A stretch of 64,000 bases of DNA, from the NCBI GenBank assembly GCA_963663475.2, contig CAXXJV010000001.1, forward strand, positions 2,240,001 to 2,304,000, in the 5' to 3' direction. The position numbers and the translations under genes are program-made. Under the pieces are notes generated by a model. It was given only the letters and a program-made list of their open reading frames with translations. It had not been told where the DNA came from and searched no databases. The stretch is from Candidatus Cloacimonadales bacterium (GTDB lineage Bacteria; Cloacimonadota; Cloacimonadia; Cloacimonadales; JAFGVF01). Shown in pieces: positions 10,597-20,745 of this stretch (the stretch's first letter is position 1; each line of letters starts with the position of its first letter).

Positions 10597-11151
10597 CTAC
10601 TCCTGTATAATCTTTATCTCTTCATTTTTTAAAGTTACTTCTACAGCTTGATTAATTATATTAGCTGTTATGATTATTTTGTTGGGATTTTCTCCTTCTA
10701 GAACAAAACCAATTGTTCCTGCTAGAGGTCCACTAACAACTTTTACTTTTGTTCCCTTTTCAATTATATTTGCAGGTAACAGACTATATCCTTTTTCTTG
10801 GATAAAATAGAATCTACTAAGCTCTTCAACTAGAATATCTTGGTGTTTAACTGTTATTACTCTGATAATATAGCCTGGACGGAGAAGGGTAATCTTTTGA
10901 TCATAATTCATTTTAACAAAAATGTAGCCAGAGAATAATGGTTTAGTTGTTTCAATTTTACGATATTGATATTTCTTTGTAGATTTATATTGTGGTAAGT
11001 AATACTCTATGTTATTGTCTTTTGCCCATTTAGCTAATGCTTTTTCACTCTGATATTTAGTCCTGATAACATACCATTTATATGCCTCAGATGTGCTAAC
11101 CTCTAAAGTTCCAAAAAGTTCATCAACATATACAGGTTTATGTGTTGCCAT
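10597..11151 (-). CDS. NusG paralogue (UpxY/RfaH/LoaP-like transcription antiterminator)
   Basis: NGN domain (WYVIRTK..EK, PLFSGYIFV) plus KOW motif (GTKVKVVSGPLAG). Confidence 0.85.
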   Translation of the reverse strand: MATHKPVYVDELFGTLEVSTSEAYKWYVIRTKYQSEKALAKWAKDNNIEYYLPQYKSTKKYQYRKIETTKPLFSGYIFVKMNYDQKITLLRPGYIIRVITVKHQDILVEELSRFYFIQEKGYSLLPANIIEKGTKVKVVSGPLAGTIGFVLEGENPNKIIITANIINQAVEVTLKNEEIKIIQE

Positions 11152-11172
11152 CTATTCTTCCTTGAAGTATTT

Positions 11173-11196
11173 GGGGAGCTTGAAAGCAAACTCCCC
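11173..11196 (-). promoter_or_regulatory. GC-rich hairpin between ahcY and the NusG paralogue
   Basis: Sense strand GGGGAGTTTG-CTTT-CAAGCTCCCC: 10-bp stem with one U-G pair and no U-tract. Confidence 0.55.
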
Positions 11197-11207
11197 TATT
11201 ATACTTA

Positions 11208-12614
11208 TTAATATCTATAATGTTCAGGTTTGTAAGGACCTTCTTTTTTTACACCAATGTAATCTGCTTGTTTGTCTGTTAATTGGGTTAATTTTACACC
11301 AATCTTATTGATATGTAAGCGAGCTACTTCTTCATCTAAGACTTTTGATAATCTGTAAACACCAAGTTCATAGTTATTTTCCCATAAATCTAATTGAGCT
11401 AGAACTTGATTAGTAAATGAATTACTCATAACAAATGATGGGTGACCAGTTGCATTGCCAAGATTAACAAGTCTGCCTTCAGATAAAAGGATTATACTGT
11501 GTTTATCAGCAAAAGTTATCTTATCTACTTGTGGTTTAATGTTAGTTTTCACAAGGCCTTCTAATTCATAAAGCTTTTCAACTTGAATTTCATTATCAAA
11601 GTGACCGATATTGCATACAATGGCATTATTTTTCATTGCTTGCATATGTTCAACTCTGATAACATCGCAATTACCAGTTGCAGTAACAAAGATATCTCCA
11701 GATGATATCACATCTTCTAGAGTAGTTACTTCAAAGCCTTCCATAGCTGCTTGATAAGCACAGATTGGATCTATTTCAGTAACAATAACTCTTGCCCCGA
11801 ACCCTCTCATAGATTGAGCACAACCTTTTCCAACATCACCATAACCGCAAACAACAACTACTTTACCAGCAACCATTATGTCTGTACCACGTTTGATTCC
11901 GTCTGCTAAAGATTCTCTGCAACCATAAAGGTTATCAAATTTAGATTTAGTAACTGAATCATTAACATTTATTGCAGGGAATTTAAGTTCATTAAGTTCT
12001 AACATCTGATATAATCTATGAACACCTGTAGTAGTTTCTTCAGAAACACCCTTACATTCTTTAGCTATTGTTGACCACTTAGTAGGATAAGCTTCAAGAT
12101 CTTCCAAAATTGTCTTTTGCAAGAGAGCAAATTCTTTATTATCGGTTGTTATAAGAGGAAGTTTACCAGTTCTTGCATATTCTTCTTCAAGTTTGATACC
12201 TTCATGAATCATTAGTGTAGCATCTCCCCCATCATCAACAATAAGGTCTGGACCTTGGTTTTCACCCCAAGTAAGTGCCATCTTAGTTGCCCACCAGTAT
12301 TCAGCAAGAGTTTCACCCTTCCAAGCAAAAACAGGGATTCCTGCTTTAACCATTGCTGCAGCTGCATGATCTTGGGTTGAATAGATGTTGCAAGAACACC
12401 ATCTTATTTCTGCACCAAGTGCTTTTAAAGTCTCTATTAAGGCAGCTGTTTGTATAGTCATGTGCAAGCTACCAGTAATTTTTGCACCTTTTAAAGGTTT
12501 CGATTGGCCATATTTTTCTCTTAAAGCCATTAAACCTGGCATTTCTTCTTCAGCTAGGATAAGCTCTTCTCTACCATAATTAGCTAATTCGATATCTTTA
12601 ATTTTGTATTCCAT
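11208..12614 (-). CDS. ahcY: Adenosylhomocysteinase
   Basis: [34 protein letters not shown] and LGNATGHP. Confidence 0.97.
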   Translation of the reverse strand: MEYKIKDIELANYGREELILAEEEMPGLMALREKYGQSKPLKGAKITGSLHMTIQTAALIETLKALGAEIRWCSCNIYSTQDHAAAAMVKAGIPVFAWKGETLAEYWWATKMALTWGENQGPDLIVDDGGDATLMIHEGIKLEEEYARTGKLPLITTDNKEFALLQKTILEDLEAYPTKWSTIAKECKGVSEETTTGVHRLYQMLELNELKFPAINVNDSVTKSKFDNLYGCRESLADGIKRGTDIMVAGKVVVVCGYGDVGKGCAQSMRGFGARVIVTEIDPICAYQAAMEGFEVTTLEDVISSGDIFVTATGNCDVIRVEHMQAMKNNAIVCNIGHFDNEIQVEKLYELEGLVKTNIKPQVDKITFADKHSIILLSEGRLVNLGNATGHPSFVMSNSFTNQVLAQLDLWENNYELGVYRLSKVLDEEVARLHINKIGVKLTQLTDKQADYIGVKKEGPYKPEHYRY

Positions 12615-12622
12615 ATTTTACC

Positions 12623-14932
12623 TTAGTTTTCTCTTTTATTATTGTCATGAGATCTATGATTATTTCTATTATCTCTGCTTCTGTTATCTCTATTTCTATT
12701 ATCTCTGCTATTATTATCACGGCGTCTATTGTCTCTACCACCATGACTACTATTGCGGTCATTTCTTCCACCACTATGACTACGTGCTTCTTCTTTAGGG
12801 CGATTTGGGTCTGGTTTATGTTCAGGATTACCAGGGACACCCTTCATAGTAAGGTTAACCTTTCCTTGTTCAATAGCTTTGAGTTTTACATAAACTGTAT
12901 CACCAACTGTGCAGATATCTTCAGGATGAGCTACTCTATCTTCATGCATATTTGAAATATGACATAGACCTTCTTTGAAACCATCCATGATTTTAACAAA
13001 GACACCATAAGCTTCAACTCTTGAAACTACACCTTCATAGATTGTATCATATTTAGGCATTTCAATAATATTTTTAACCATGGCTTTAGCGCTGTCTAAG
13101 GCAGATTTATCAGCACATAATATGTTAACAGTTCCATCATCATCTATATTGATATCAACACCAGTTTTTTCGATAATACTCTTAATAGTTTTACCACCTT
13201 GACCAATAATTTCTCCAATTTTATCAACAGGAACTTGGAGAGATTCGATTCTAGGTGCATATTCAGAAAGTTCTTTACGAGCTTCAGGAAGGCATTCTTC
13301 CATTTTGTCTAAAATATAATTTCTAGCAACATTAGCTTTTTGTAAAGCTTCTTTCATAATTTCTTCAGTAATGCCTTCAATTTTTATATCCATTTGCATT
13401 GCTGTAATACCTTCTCTAGTACCGGCAACTTTGAAGTCCATATCGCCTAAGTGATCTTCTAAGCCCATAATATCGGTTAAGACAACATAATCATTACCTT
13501 CCATGATAAGGCCATTAGCAATACCTGCAACAGGAGCTTTAATTGGTACACCAGCAGCCATTAGGGCAAGAGTTCCACTACAGATAGTTGCTTGTGATGA
13601 AGAACCGTTAGATTCAGTGATATCAGAAACAATTCTTATTGTATAAGGGAAATCTTCTTTGGCAGGAATGATGGGAATTAAAGCTGTTTCGGCTAAGTTT
13701 CCATGACCAAGTTCTCTTCTACCAGGACCTCTCATGAAACCAGCTTCACCAACAGAATATGGTGGGAAATTATAGTGTAAATAGAAGTCTTTTTTATATT
13801 CTTCAGCAAGTCCATCAACAATTTGCATTGAATCTGCACCAGCTAAAGTAACAGTACCTAGTGATTGTGTTTCTCCACGAGTGAAGAGAGCAGAACCATG
13901 AACTCTTGGAAGAACATCAACTTCACAAGTGATATCTCTAATATCATCTAATCCTCTGCCATCAACACGGTGATGTTTGTGTAATATAGCATGACGAACA
14001 CTTTTTTTGATAAGTTCTTCATAAGCATTCTTGTAATCTCTTTCTTTTTCAGCGAAAATTTCTTCTCCAAGCTCATTCAAATAAGCTTCTAAGAGTTCTT
14101 CTTTTACAGCTTCGAAGGCATCATCACGATCTAATTTGCCTTTAATTAAGGCTGCTTGAGTTACCTTATCTTGATATTTAGCAGTCACATCAGCAAGTAT
14201 TTCTTCAGGAATTACATCGTATTCAATTTCAGCTTTATCTTTAGCGCAATCTTTAGCAAATTCAACTTGCCATTGAACTAATTCTTTAATCTTTTCTAAG
14301 CCAGCAAATACAGATTCAACCATTTGTTCTTCAGATAGTTCGTTAGCAGAAGATTCAATCATGCAGATTGAGCTAGCAGAGCCAGCAAGACTTAGGTGTA
14401 GATCTGATTCATTCTTTAAAACATTAATTGGAGGATTTACTACAGGTTTACCATCTACATAGCCCACCGCTACACCAGCAATAGGACCGTGGAAAGGAAT
14501 ATCAGATATTGTTAAAGCAAGAGAAGCACCTACTAAACCGAGCATAGCTGGGTCATTAATACCATCAAAAGATAGAATAGTAACGACCACATGAACAGGA
14601 TTTCTAAAACCTTCAGGGAACATTGGTCTGATAGATCTGTCGATAACACGAGCTGTTAAAGTAGCATCATTACTAGGTCTAGCTTCTCTTTTTATAAAGC
14701 CTCCAGGTATTTTACCTGAAGCGTACATTTTTTCAACGTAATCAACTGTTAATGGGAAGAAATCAGTGCCTTCATTAGCTTTTTTTCCCATAGTTGCGGT
14801 TACTAATAGGGTTGTATCTCCTTGAGATATAAAAACTGAGCCATTAGCTTGTCTAGCTATTTTTCCAGTTTCAGCAGTAATTGTGTAGCCATTAAATTCA
14901 AATGACTTTTTGGTAATGTTAAAGTTATGCAT
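12623..14932 (-). CDS. pnp: Polyribonucleotide nucleotidyltransferase with R/D/N-rich C-terminal tail
   Basis: FFPLTVDY, RRELGHG, GDMDFKVAGT, KH and S1 domains. Confidence 0.97.
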   Translation of the reverse strand: MHNFNITKKSFEFNGYTITAETGKIARQANGSVFISQGDTTLLVTATMGKKANEGTDFFPLTVDYVEKMYASGKIPGGFIKREARPSNDATLTARVIDRSIRPMFPEGFRNPVHVVVTILSFDGINDPAMLGLVGASLALTISDIPFHGPIAGVAVGYVDGKPVVNPPINVLKNESDLHLSLAGSASSICMIESSANELSEEQMVESVFAGLEKIKELVQWQVEFAKDCAKDKAEIEYDVIPEEILADVTAKYQDKVTQAALIKGKLDRDDAFEAVKEELLEAYLNELGEEIFAEKERDYKNAYEELIKKSVRHAILHKHHRVDGRGLDDIRDITCEVDVLPRVHGSALFTRGETQSLGTVTLAGADSMQIVDGLAEEYKKDFYLHYNFPPYSVGEAGFMRGPGRRELGHGNLAETALIPIIPAKEDFPYTIRIVSDITESNGSSSQATICSGTLALMAAGVPIKAPVAGIANGLIMEGNDYVVLTDIMGLEDHLGDMDFKVAGTREGITAMQMDIKIEGITEEIMKEALQKANVARNYILDKMEECLPEARKELSEYAPRIESLQVPVDKIGEIIGQGGKTIKSIIEKTGVDINIDDDGTVNILCADKSALDSAKAMVKNIIEMPKYDTIYEGVVSRVEAYGVFVKIMDGFKEGLCHISNMHEDRVAHPEDICTVGDTVYVKLKAIEQGKVNLTMKGVPGNPEHKPDPNRPKEEARSHSGGRNDRNSSHGGRDNRRRDNNSRDNRNRDNRSRDNRNNHRSHDNNKREN

Positions 14933-14958
14933 ATATTCTCCTATTGCATTTTATTTGC

Positions 14959-15027
14959 GACCGGAGAAAAGCAATATACTGAATATATTTACTATCATAT
15001 ATTTAGTGTATTGCTCATTAACCGGTC
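14959..15027 (-). promoter_or_regulatory. Long pnp leader hairpin, candidate RNase III site
   Basis: gaccgg/ccggtc outer stem plus a 19-bp inner stem with two mismatches, just upstream of the pnp RBS. Confidence 0.55.
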
Positions 15028-15054
15028 TATTATTATTCATAAATCTGAAAAGAC

Positions 15055-15078
15055 AAAAGGGGATTTGAATCCCCTTTT
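15055..15078 (-). terminator. rpsO intrinsic terminator
   Basis: aaaaggggatt-tg-aatcccctttt. Confidence 0.75.
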
Positions 15079-15091
15079 TAATTAAATTAAA

Positions 15092-15361
15092 TTATTTTCT
15101 GATTCCTAAAGCTTTAATTATTTTACGATATCTTTCAACATCAATTTTAATTAAATAATTAAGTAATCTTCTTCTTTTACCGATAATAACTAAAAGACCT
15201 CTTCTTGAAGAGAAATCTTTTTTATGAACTTTTAAATGTTCAGTTAATTCTTGAATTCTCTTAGTCATAATCGCAATTTGCACTTCAGGTGAACCAGTAT
15301 CTAGATCATGGAGTTTATACTCTGCCATGACAGCCAATTTAGCTTCTGTTGATAAAGCCAT
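15092..15361 (-). CDS. rpsO: 30S ribosomal protein S15
   Basis: [23 protein letters not shown]; adjacent to pnp. Confidence 0.97.
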   Translation of the reverse strand: MALSTEAKLAVMAEYKLHDLDTGSPEVQIAIMTKRIQELTEHLKVHKKDFSSRRGLLVIIGKRRRLLNYLIKIDVERYRKIIKALGIRK

Positions 15362-15459
15362 TTCAGCCTCCTAATCTTATTATTTTTACTTATTAACATA
15401 AGTTCTTTCCAATTATTCAGAGAGGCAGTTTTTGTAAAGAAAAAACTTTAATTAATCTA

Positions 15460-15771
15460 TTATTTCCTTGGATTTATCTTATGATTTTTGTTTTTTCTTT
15501 TTTTCCAGTGAATCTTAACTAGTTCTATCAAAAATAAGCAAAAGAGAATAAGAATAGATGTTTGCATGATGGTTAAGATTTTATCAGCATTTTCAATATT
15601 ATTAGAAAGTAAAAGAAATCCTAACAGTAACTGCCAAAAAGCAGTATCTTTGAATCTTGAATATTGACTTTTAAGCTTAAATCTAAAGTAATAGTTTTCA
15701 AAAAGCATCATAATAAAAACTACTCTAAAACCCCAAAATACATATATGTTATTCATAAGTTCAAACTCCAT
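15460..15771 (-). CDS. Small hypothetical membrane protein
   Basis: About three hydrophobic segments and a basic tail; directly abuts the helicase stop. Confidence 0.55.
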   Translation of the reverse strand: MEFELMNNIYVFWGFRVVFIMMLFENYYFRFKLKSQYSRFKDTAFWQLLLGFLLLSNNIENADKILTIMQTSILILFCLFLIELVKIHWKKRKNKNHKINPRK

Positions 15772-18108
15772 TTAATTATCATATTTTTGTTTCCAATCCA
15801 CAATATAATTAGTAATATCAAGTCTGTCAGCTGCTATATAATTACTATTCCAACTAAGGGGTAAATATTGCTTATAGCCATAATATAAAAACCTTTTGTC
15901 TAAAAGGAGTAATATACCAGTATCAGTTTCACGTCTAATCAATCTTCCTCCAGCTTGAATAACTTTGTTTAAAGCTGGGAATTTATAAGCATAATCGAAG
16001 CCATTCTTGCCTTCTTGAGAATAATAATCTTGGATTAATTTTCTTTCAAAGCTTACCATTGGTAAGGAAACACCAACAAGTATACATCCTTTTAGCAAGT
16101 CTCCTTGTAAATCTATTCCTTCAGCAAAGAAGCCACCTGAAACAGCAAATAAAATATTATTATTAACTTGGAAATGCGCTAATATTTCTTTTCTTTCTTC
16201 ACTAGTGAGTTCACTTGCTTGCTTTACAAGATTATAGTCTGCTAATTGCTCTTGGGCATATTCATAAACGTTTTCCAGGTATTTATAAGAAGGAAAGAAA
16301 ACAATGTAATTACCTGGGTAAGCTTTTACAGTTGCGATAATTTTATCTGCAATTTGATCATAATATTGGTCTCTATGCTTGTAGCTAGTATCAATAATTC
16401 TATCGTAAACTACACACATGTTTTCTGGAGGATAAGGTGAATCCAAAGCTAGGTAATAGTTTTCTTTATTTCCAGCATTTAAGAGATAAGAGAAGTAGTC
16501 ATCAGGTTCTAAGGTTGCAGAAAAGTAAACTAAACTTCTCACTTCAGAAGTAAGTTTAGAGATTATAGGTGCAGGGTCAAGACAGTAGACTTTATAATTA
16601 ACTCTTTTCTTTTTTTCAATATAGAGAACAAAACTTTTGTCTAGATTATTATATAGTTTGAGAAAGTCGTTTATGTAGAAGTATAAATCTAAGAGAAATG
16701 CTTTTGATTCTGATAGAGGGTTTTGAGCTAACCAGGCATCCATTAGCAGTAAATATTGATTTAGGGACTTAAGAATACTGTCATTAATTTCACTTATAAT
16801 CCAATTACCATAATCAAAGTTTTTCTCTTCTTCAATAAGTAGTTTATTTAAGTTTTTTAAATGAATTTTGATATCTTTTGGAGCTGATTTAGTTTCTCTT
16901 CTGATTTCTACAATTTTATCTCGGTTAATTTCTGCTGAATAAGAGTTTCTTACTCTCTCGGGTAAATTATGAGCTTCGTCACAAAGAAGAGTATAATTTT
17001 GGGTAATTTCAGTAAAATACCTCTGAAGTCTAGCTTTACTATCAAAGAAATAGTTGCAATCTCCAACAATAAGATCACAGTATAAAGAAAGGTCTAAGCT
17101 TAGTTCAAAAGGGCACATTTCGTATTGGTGGCCTAAATCTTCTAGCAATTTTTTATTGAAAAGTTTATGTTTAAAAACTTCATATCTCATTTTATCTAGT
17201 TTTGTATAATAATCTTTAGCATAGATACAATCTTTACCATCACAGGTTTTATCAGGATTAAAGCATATTTTAGATTTAGCTGAGAGAAAGATTGCTTTGA
17301 AGTTTGCACCATGAGAAATAAGTTGTTGGCAAGTTGCTTCAGCTATGTCAGATATTGTTCCTTTGGTTGTTAGATAGAAGAGTTTATGATTTAATTGGAA
17401 AGCTAGAGATTTGAGGGCTGGATAAATAACAGCCATTGTCTTTCCAATACCCGTTGGTGCCTGAATCCTAATAGCAGAAAATTCTTCGATATTTCTATAT
17501 ACTGAAACCATCATCTTTCTTTGACCTGGTCTCATGTTGGCAAAAGGGAAGTCTAACTGTTTGATAGATTCATCTCTGCTTATTTGAGCAGTACTTAGAT
17601 TACTCAACCAAGATAAGTATATATCTATAAGAAGATTATAGAATATTTCTAAAGTTCTAAAAGAATAATTTTCTGTAATTACAATATTTTTATGACTATT
17701 AAGATTATAGTAGGTAAGATGGGTAATAATGTTTTCAGCTTTATTATCTTTAAGAAATAGGTAGGCATAGACTTTCACCTGGGCTAAATGATGCTTACTG
17801 GGATTAGCTTGCAGGTAGTCTAAATCAAGGAAGGTTGATTTTATTTCTTCTATAATTGCAGGCTTGTCATTTTGGGGACTATAAAGTCCATCAGCCCTAC
17901 CAGATATCTTTAAGATAAAAGTATTTTTCTTAATAGTATCTTGAAGAAAAAGCTCTTTAGTATAATTATCAGGTCTGGAATCCTGAAGACGTTTATGTAC
18001 AGAAGTCCCGAGACTAGCTCGAGACTTCCCTAAAAATGTTGAGGAAATTGATCCTTCACAATAGTAGAAAGCTATTAAATCTTTTACAGATATTTGGTAA
18101 TTAAGCAT
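15772..18108 (-). CDS. XPD/Rad3/DinG-family Fe-S DNA helicase with N-terminal PD-(D/E)XK nuclease-like domain
   Basis: GRADG..EEIKS..Q..Y nuclease motif; QAPTGIGKT Walker A; four-Cys cluster ending CPFE; DEAH; SATL; QAGGRLIR. Confidence 0.88.
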   Translation of the reverse strand: MLNYQISVKDLIAFYYCEGSISSTFLGKSRASLGTSVHKRLQDSRPDNYTKELFLQDTIKKNTFILKISGRADGLYSPQNDKPAIIEEIKSTFLDLDYLQANPSKHHLAQVKVYAYLFLKDNKAENIITHLTYYNLNSHKNIVITENYSFRTLEIFYNLLIDIYLSWLSNLSTAQISRDESIKQLDFPFANMRPGQRKMMVSVYRNIEEFSAIRIQAPTGIGKTMAVIYPALKSLAFQLNHKLFYLTTKGTISDIAEATCQQLISHGANFKAIFLSAKSKICFNPDKTCDGKDCIYAKDYYTKLDKMRYEVFKHKLFNKKLLEDLGHQYEMCPFELSLDLSLYCDLIVGDCNYFFDSKARLQRYFTEITQNYTLLCDEAHNLPERVRNSYSAEINRDKIVEIRRETKSAPKDIKIHLKNLNKLLIEEEKNFDYGNWIISEINDSILKSLNQYLLLMDAWLAQNPLSESKAFLLDLYFYINDFLKLYNNLDKSFVLYIEKKKRVNYKVYCLDPAPIISKLTSEVRSLVYFSATLEPDDYFSYLLNAGNKENYYLALDSPYPPENMCVVYDRIIDTSYKHRDQYYDQIADKIIATVKAYPGNYIVFFPSYKYLENVYEYAQEQLADYNLVKQASELTSEERKEILAHFQVNNNILFAVSGGFFAEGIDLQGDLLKGCILVGVSLPMVSFERKLIQDYYSQEGKNGFDYAYKFPALNKVIQAGGRLIRRETDTGILLLLDKRFLYYGYKQYLPLSWNSNYIAADRLDITNYIVDWKQKYDN

Positions 18109-18828
18109 CTACTTATTAGTATAAAGACTCCATAACCTATCAAAGTGTTTCTTAAGTGGATCTTGCATTTTTTCATCCTTATCAGTTATTTCTGGCATAT
18201 TATCAAGAACAATAAATGGTACTTTAACATTATTAATAATTAAGTAGTCTTCTTTATCTGCAATAACTTCTTGCCAATCAACCTCTTTATAAAGTCTTTC
18301 AAGCTTATCATCAGGTAAACCATGTTCTAAGATAGAATGAGGTTTATCAGGGTTAAATCTTCTTCTGTTTTTTCTTAAAGATTCTTCCCAAGTTACATCA
18401 ACATAAAAGATAGCAGCTTTTTTTAGGATATTATGACTAAGATGCTTAAAAGCAGTTTGATAACCACCGTGTTCACTTCCTCTTGAAAATTCTATTAAAA
18501 GAGTGTTTTCTTGGAAAAAATCTGATTTTTCAGTAAGTAATTTATCATACTCCAGATTAAATCTTTCAATAAGTAAGTTCCATTGATAGTTATGGAGAAA
18601 ATAACCATCTTTAGTGGAATGGATTCTTTCAACTTTTAAAACATGTTCACGGATATGGTCTTCTTCAAACCAAGTCCATAGCATGGGAAAATCATCTAAT
18701 TCAGAAATATTTGCTATATGATAATTCTCTAATCTATCTATTGTCTTCCTTCTCTTGATAAAATCAATAATTTCTGATTTCCCAGAAGCAGGTCTTCCTA
18801 ACAGAATAATCACATCAAAGTGTTTCAT
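18109..18828 (-). CDS. Hypothetical P-loop (nucleotide-kinase-like) protein
   Basis: N-terminal ILLGRPASGKS. Start set at ATG 18828 after AAGGAG; the ORF extends to 18846. Confidence 0.7.
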   Translation of the reverse strand: MKHFDVIILLGRPASGKSEIIDFIKRRKTIDRLENYHIANISELDDFPMLWTWFEEDHIREHVLKVERIHSTKDGYFLHNYQWNLLIERFNLEYDKLLTEKSDFFQENTLLIEFSRGSEHGGYQTAFKHLSHNILKKAAIFYVDVTWEESLRKNRRRFNPDKPHSILEHGLPDDKLERLYKEVDWQEVIADKEDYLIINNVKVPFIVLDNMPEITDKDEKMQDPLKKHFDRLWSLYTNK

Positions 18829-18838
18829 TAAATCTCCT

Positions 18839-20737
18839 TTATTCACTTAGCAGTAAATACTCTTCTTCAAGAATCTGAAGTTGATTGTATTCATGATCTA
18901 AGAGATTATCTATCTCTTCAGATCTTTCTTTAAGAGTTTTCACTAATTCTTGGTCACTATAGATAGAAGGATCACTATACATATCTTCTATCTCTTCTTT
19001 TTCATTTTCTAAATCACTTATAGATATTTCTTTTTCTTCAATTTGTGACATTAATTTTTCCAAAATATATGGATTTACTCTTTTCTTACGGTCAGTATCT
19101 TTACTTTTATTAGTAGAGAGCTCACTGTTATCCTTTTTAGGATTTGCATCACTTAAAAATTCAGTAAGAATATTATTCCAATCATCATTAGTTTCTTTTA
19201 CTCTTTTATCTTTAAACAACCAGAATTTGCTGGCAAGTTTAGAAATAAAGTTACGATCATGAGAAACAAAGATAATAGTCCCAGAATAATCTTGTAGTGA
19301 ATTAATCAAATCATCAACCATCATGATATCTAGGTGATTAGTAGGCTCATCTAGAAGCAAGACATTTGGTTGTTGATGAATAAGGACACCTAAGTTAAGT
19401 CTGGCTTTCTCTCCTCCACTCATAAATTCAATAGGTTTATCAACATCATCCCCAGTGAAACCATAACGGGCTAAATATTTTAAGACATAACCAATAGGTT
19501 GACTAGGAACCATCTGCCAAATAGTTTCTTTTGGTGTTAATTTAGGGTCAAGTGAGCTATGGAATTGATCAAAGTAACCAATATTAATATTACTTCCTCT
19601 TTTACATTCGCCCTGCAGGAGTTTTTCTTCCTGGAGAAGGACCTTAATGAGGGTAGTTTTTCCGCAACCATTTCGACCTATAATAGCTATTCTATCTTGA
19701 TACTGAGCTCTAATATTAATCTTATTAGCTAAGAGAAGACTTGGAAAGCCTAACTGAGCATTTTGAAAAATAAAGACATCATTACCTGTTCTTTCAGAAG
19801 AGGAAAAACTTAAATTATAACGTTTATCATTACCTACAGCATCAATTATATCTAATTTTTCCAACTGTTTCAGTCTTGATCTAGCTTGTATAGTTTTTTG
19901 TGATCCTATGTTTCTTCTTACGAAATCCATAGTAGTCTCAATATGTTTTTGTTGCTGCTGATAAGCCTTTTGTTGTTGTTCTTTTCTTAGTTTAGATTCT
20001 TGTTCATAAAAAGAATAATTACCACTATATGAAGTAATAGTCTTATTCTCTATCTCAAAGATTTTAGTTATTGTTTTATTTAAAAATTCTTTATCATGAG
20101 AAATAATGATATAAGGTATTCCTAAGTTGACTAAGTAGTTTTCTAACCAGGAAATCATATGTAAATCAAGGTGATTAGTAGGTTCGTCAAGAAGCAAAAG
20201 ATTGAAATCAGATAGTAGTATTTTTGCTAATTCAATTCTAGTTTGCTCTCCCCCACTGAATTTCTTAACTTTATTAGTCCAACATTCTTCTTTAAAGCCC
20301 AGAGAAGTTAAGATTAACTTAATATTAGTTTCATAATCATAACCTCCGAGAGTAAAAAAATCTTCTTCTAATTTAGAAAGTAGATTTAAATTTTCATCAG
20401 AATGATCATGTGCTAACTTTTCTCGAGCTTCTTGTAGTTTTTTTTGCTTTACTAAGAAATCCTTCCTACTCTCTAAAACTGATTCATAAAGACTGTGAGC
20501 TTGATTAAGAGTATTAATTTGCTTCAAATAAGCAATTTTAGTTGTAGAAGCATAATTAATCAATCCTGAAGATGCTTCAATCTCCCGATTAATTATCTTC
20601 ATTAGTGTAGTTTTACCACAACCATTTCTTCCTATCAAGCCAATTCTTGAATCTTGATCTATATTAAATGAAATACTATTTAGCAAGTTAAATCCTGCGA
20701 AAGTCATTTCTATATCATTAACCTGTATTAAACTCAA
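18839..20737 (-). CDS. ABC-F family ATPase
   Basis: Two ABC domains (GRNGCGKT, SGGE, LLDEPTNHLD each twice), no TM segments, C-terminal coiled coil. Confidence 0.92.
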   Translation of the reverse strand: MSLIQVNDIEMTFAGFNLLNSISFNIDQDSRIGLIGRNGCGKTTLMKIINREIEASSGLINYASTTKIAYLKQINTLNQAHSLYESVLESRKDFLVKQKKLQEAREKLAHDHSDENLNLLSKLEEDFFTLGGYDYETNIKLILTSLGFKEECWTNKVKKFSGGEQTRIELAKILLSDFNLLLLDEPTNHLDLHMISWLENYLVNLGIPYIIISHDKEFLNKTITKIFEIENKTITSYSGNYSFYEQESKLRKEQQQKAYQQQQKHIETTMDFVRRNIGSQKTIQARSRLKQLEKLDIIDAVGNDKRYNLSFSSSERTGNDVFIFQNAQLGFPSLLLANKINIRAQYQDRIAIIGRNGCGKTTLIKVLLQEEKLLQGECKRGSNINIGYFDQFHSSLDPKLTPKETIWQMVPSQPIGYVLKYLARYGFTGDDVDKPIEFMSGGEKARLNLGVLIHQQPNVLLLDEPTNHLDIMMVDDLINSLQDYSGTIIFVSHDRNFISKLASKFWLFKDKRVKETNDDWNNILTEFLSDANPKKDNSELSTNKSKDTDRKKRVNPYILEKLMSQIEEKEISISDLENEKEEIEDMYSDPSIYSDQELVKTLKERSEEIDNLLDHEYNQLQILEEEYLLLSE

Positions 20738-20745
20738 CTTTTCTC

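Noticed and set aside
12614..12623. SAH or SAM riboswitch before ahcY
   Set aside because: Only 8 nt separate pnp and ahcY, leaving no room.
12598..12955. Ile-rich and Tyr-rich ORFs at 12598-12840, 12604-12798 and 12647-12955
   Set aside because: They are alternative-frame or antisense readings of the repetitive PNPase tail.
15398..15411. 14-nt match TGGAAAGAACTTAT shared by the rpsO leader (minus strand) and 46735-46748
   Set aside because: A match of this length is plausible by chance in AT-rich DNA, and the downstream genes are unrelated.
15772..18108. Cas4 or CasDinG assignment for the helicase
   Set aside because: No CRISPR array or other cas genes; it fits the stand-alone nuclease-Rad3 helicase type.
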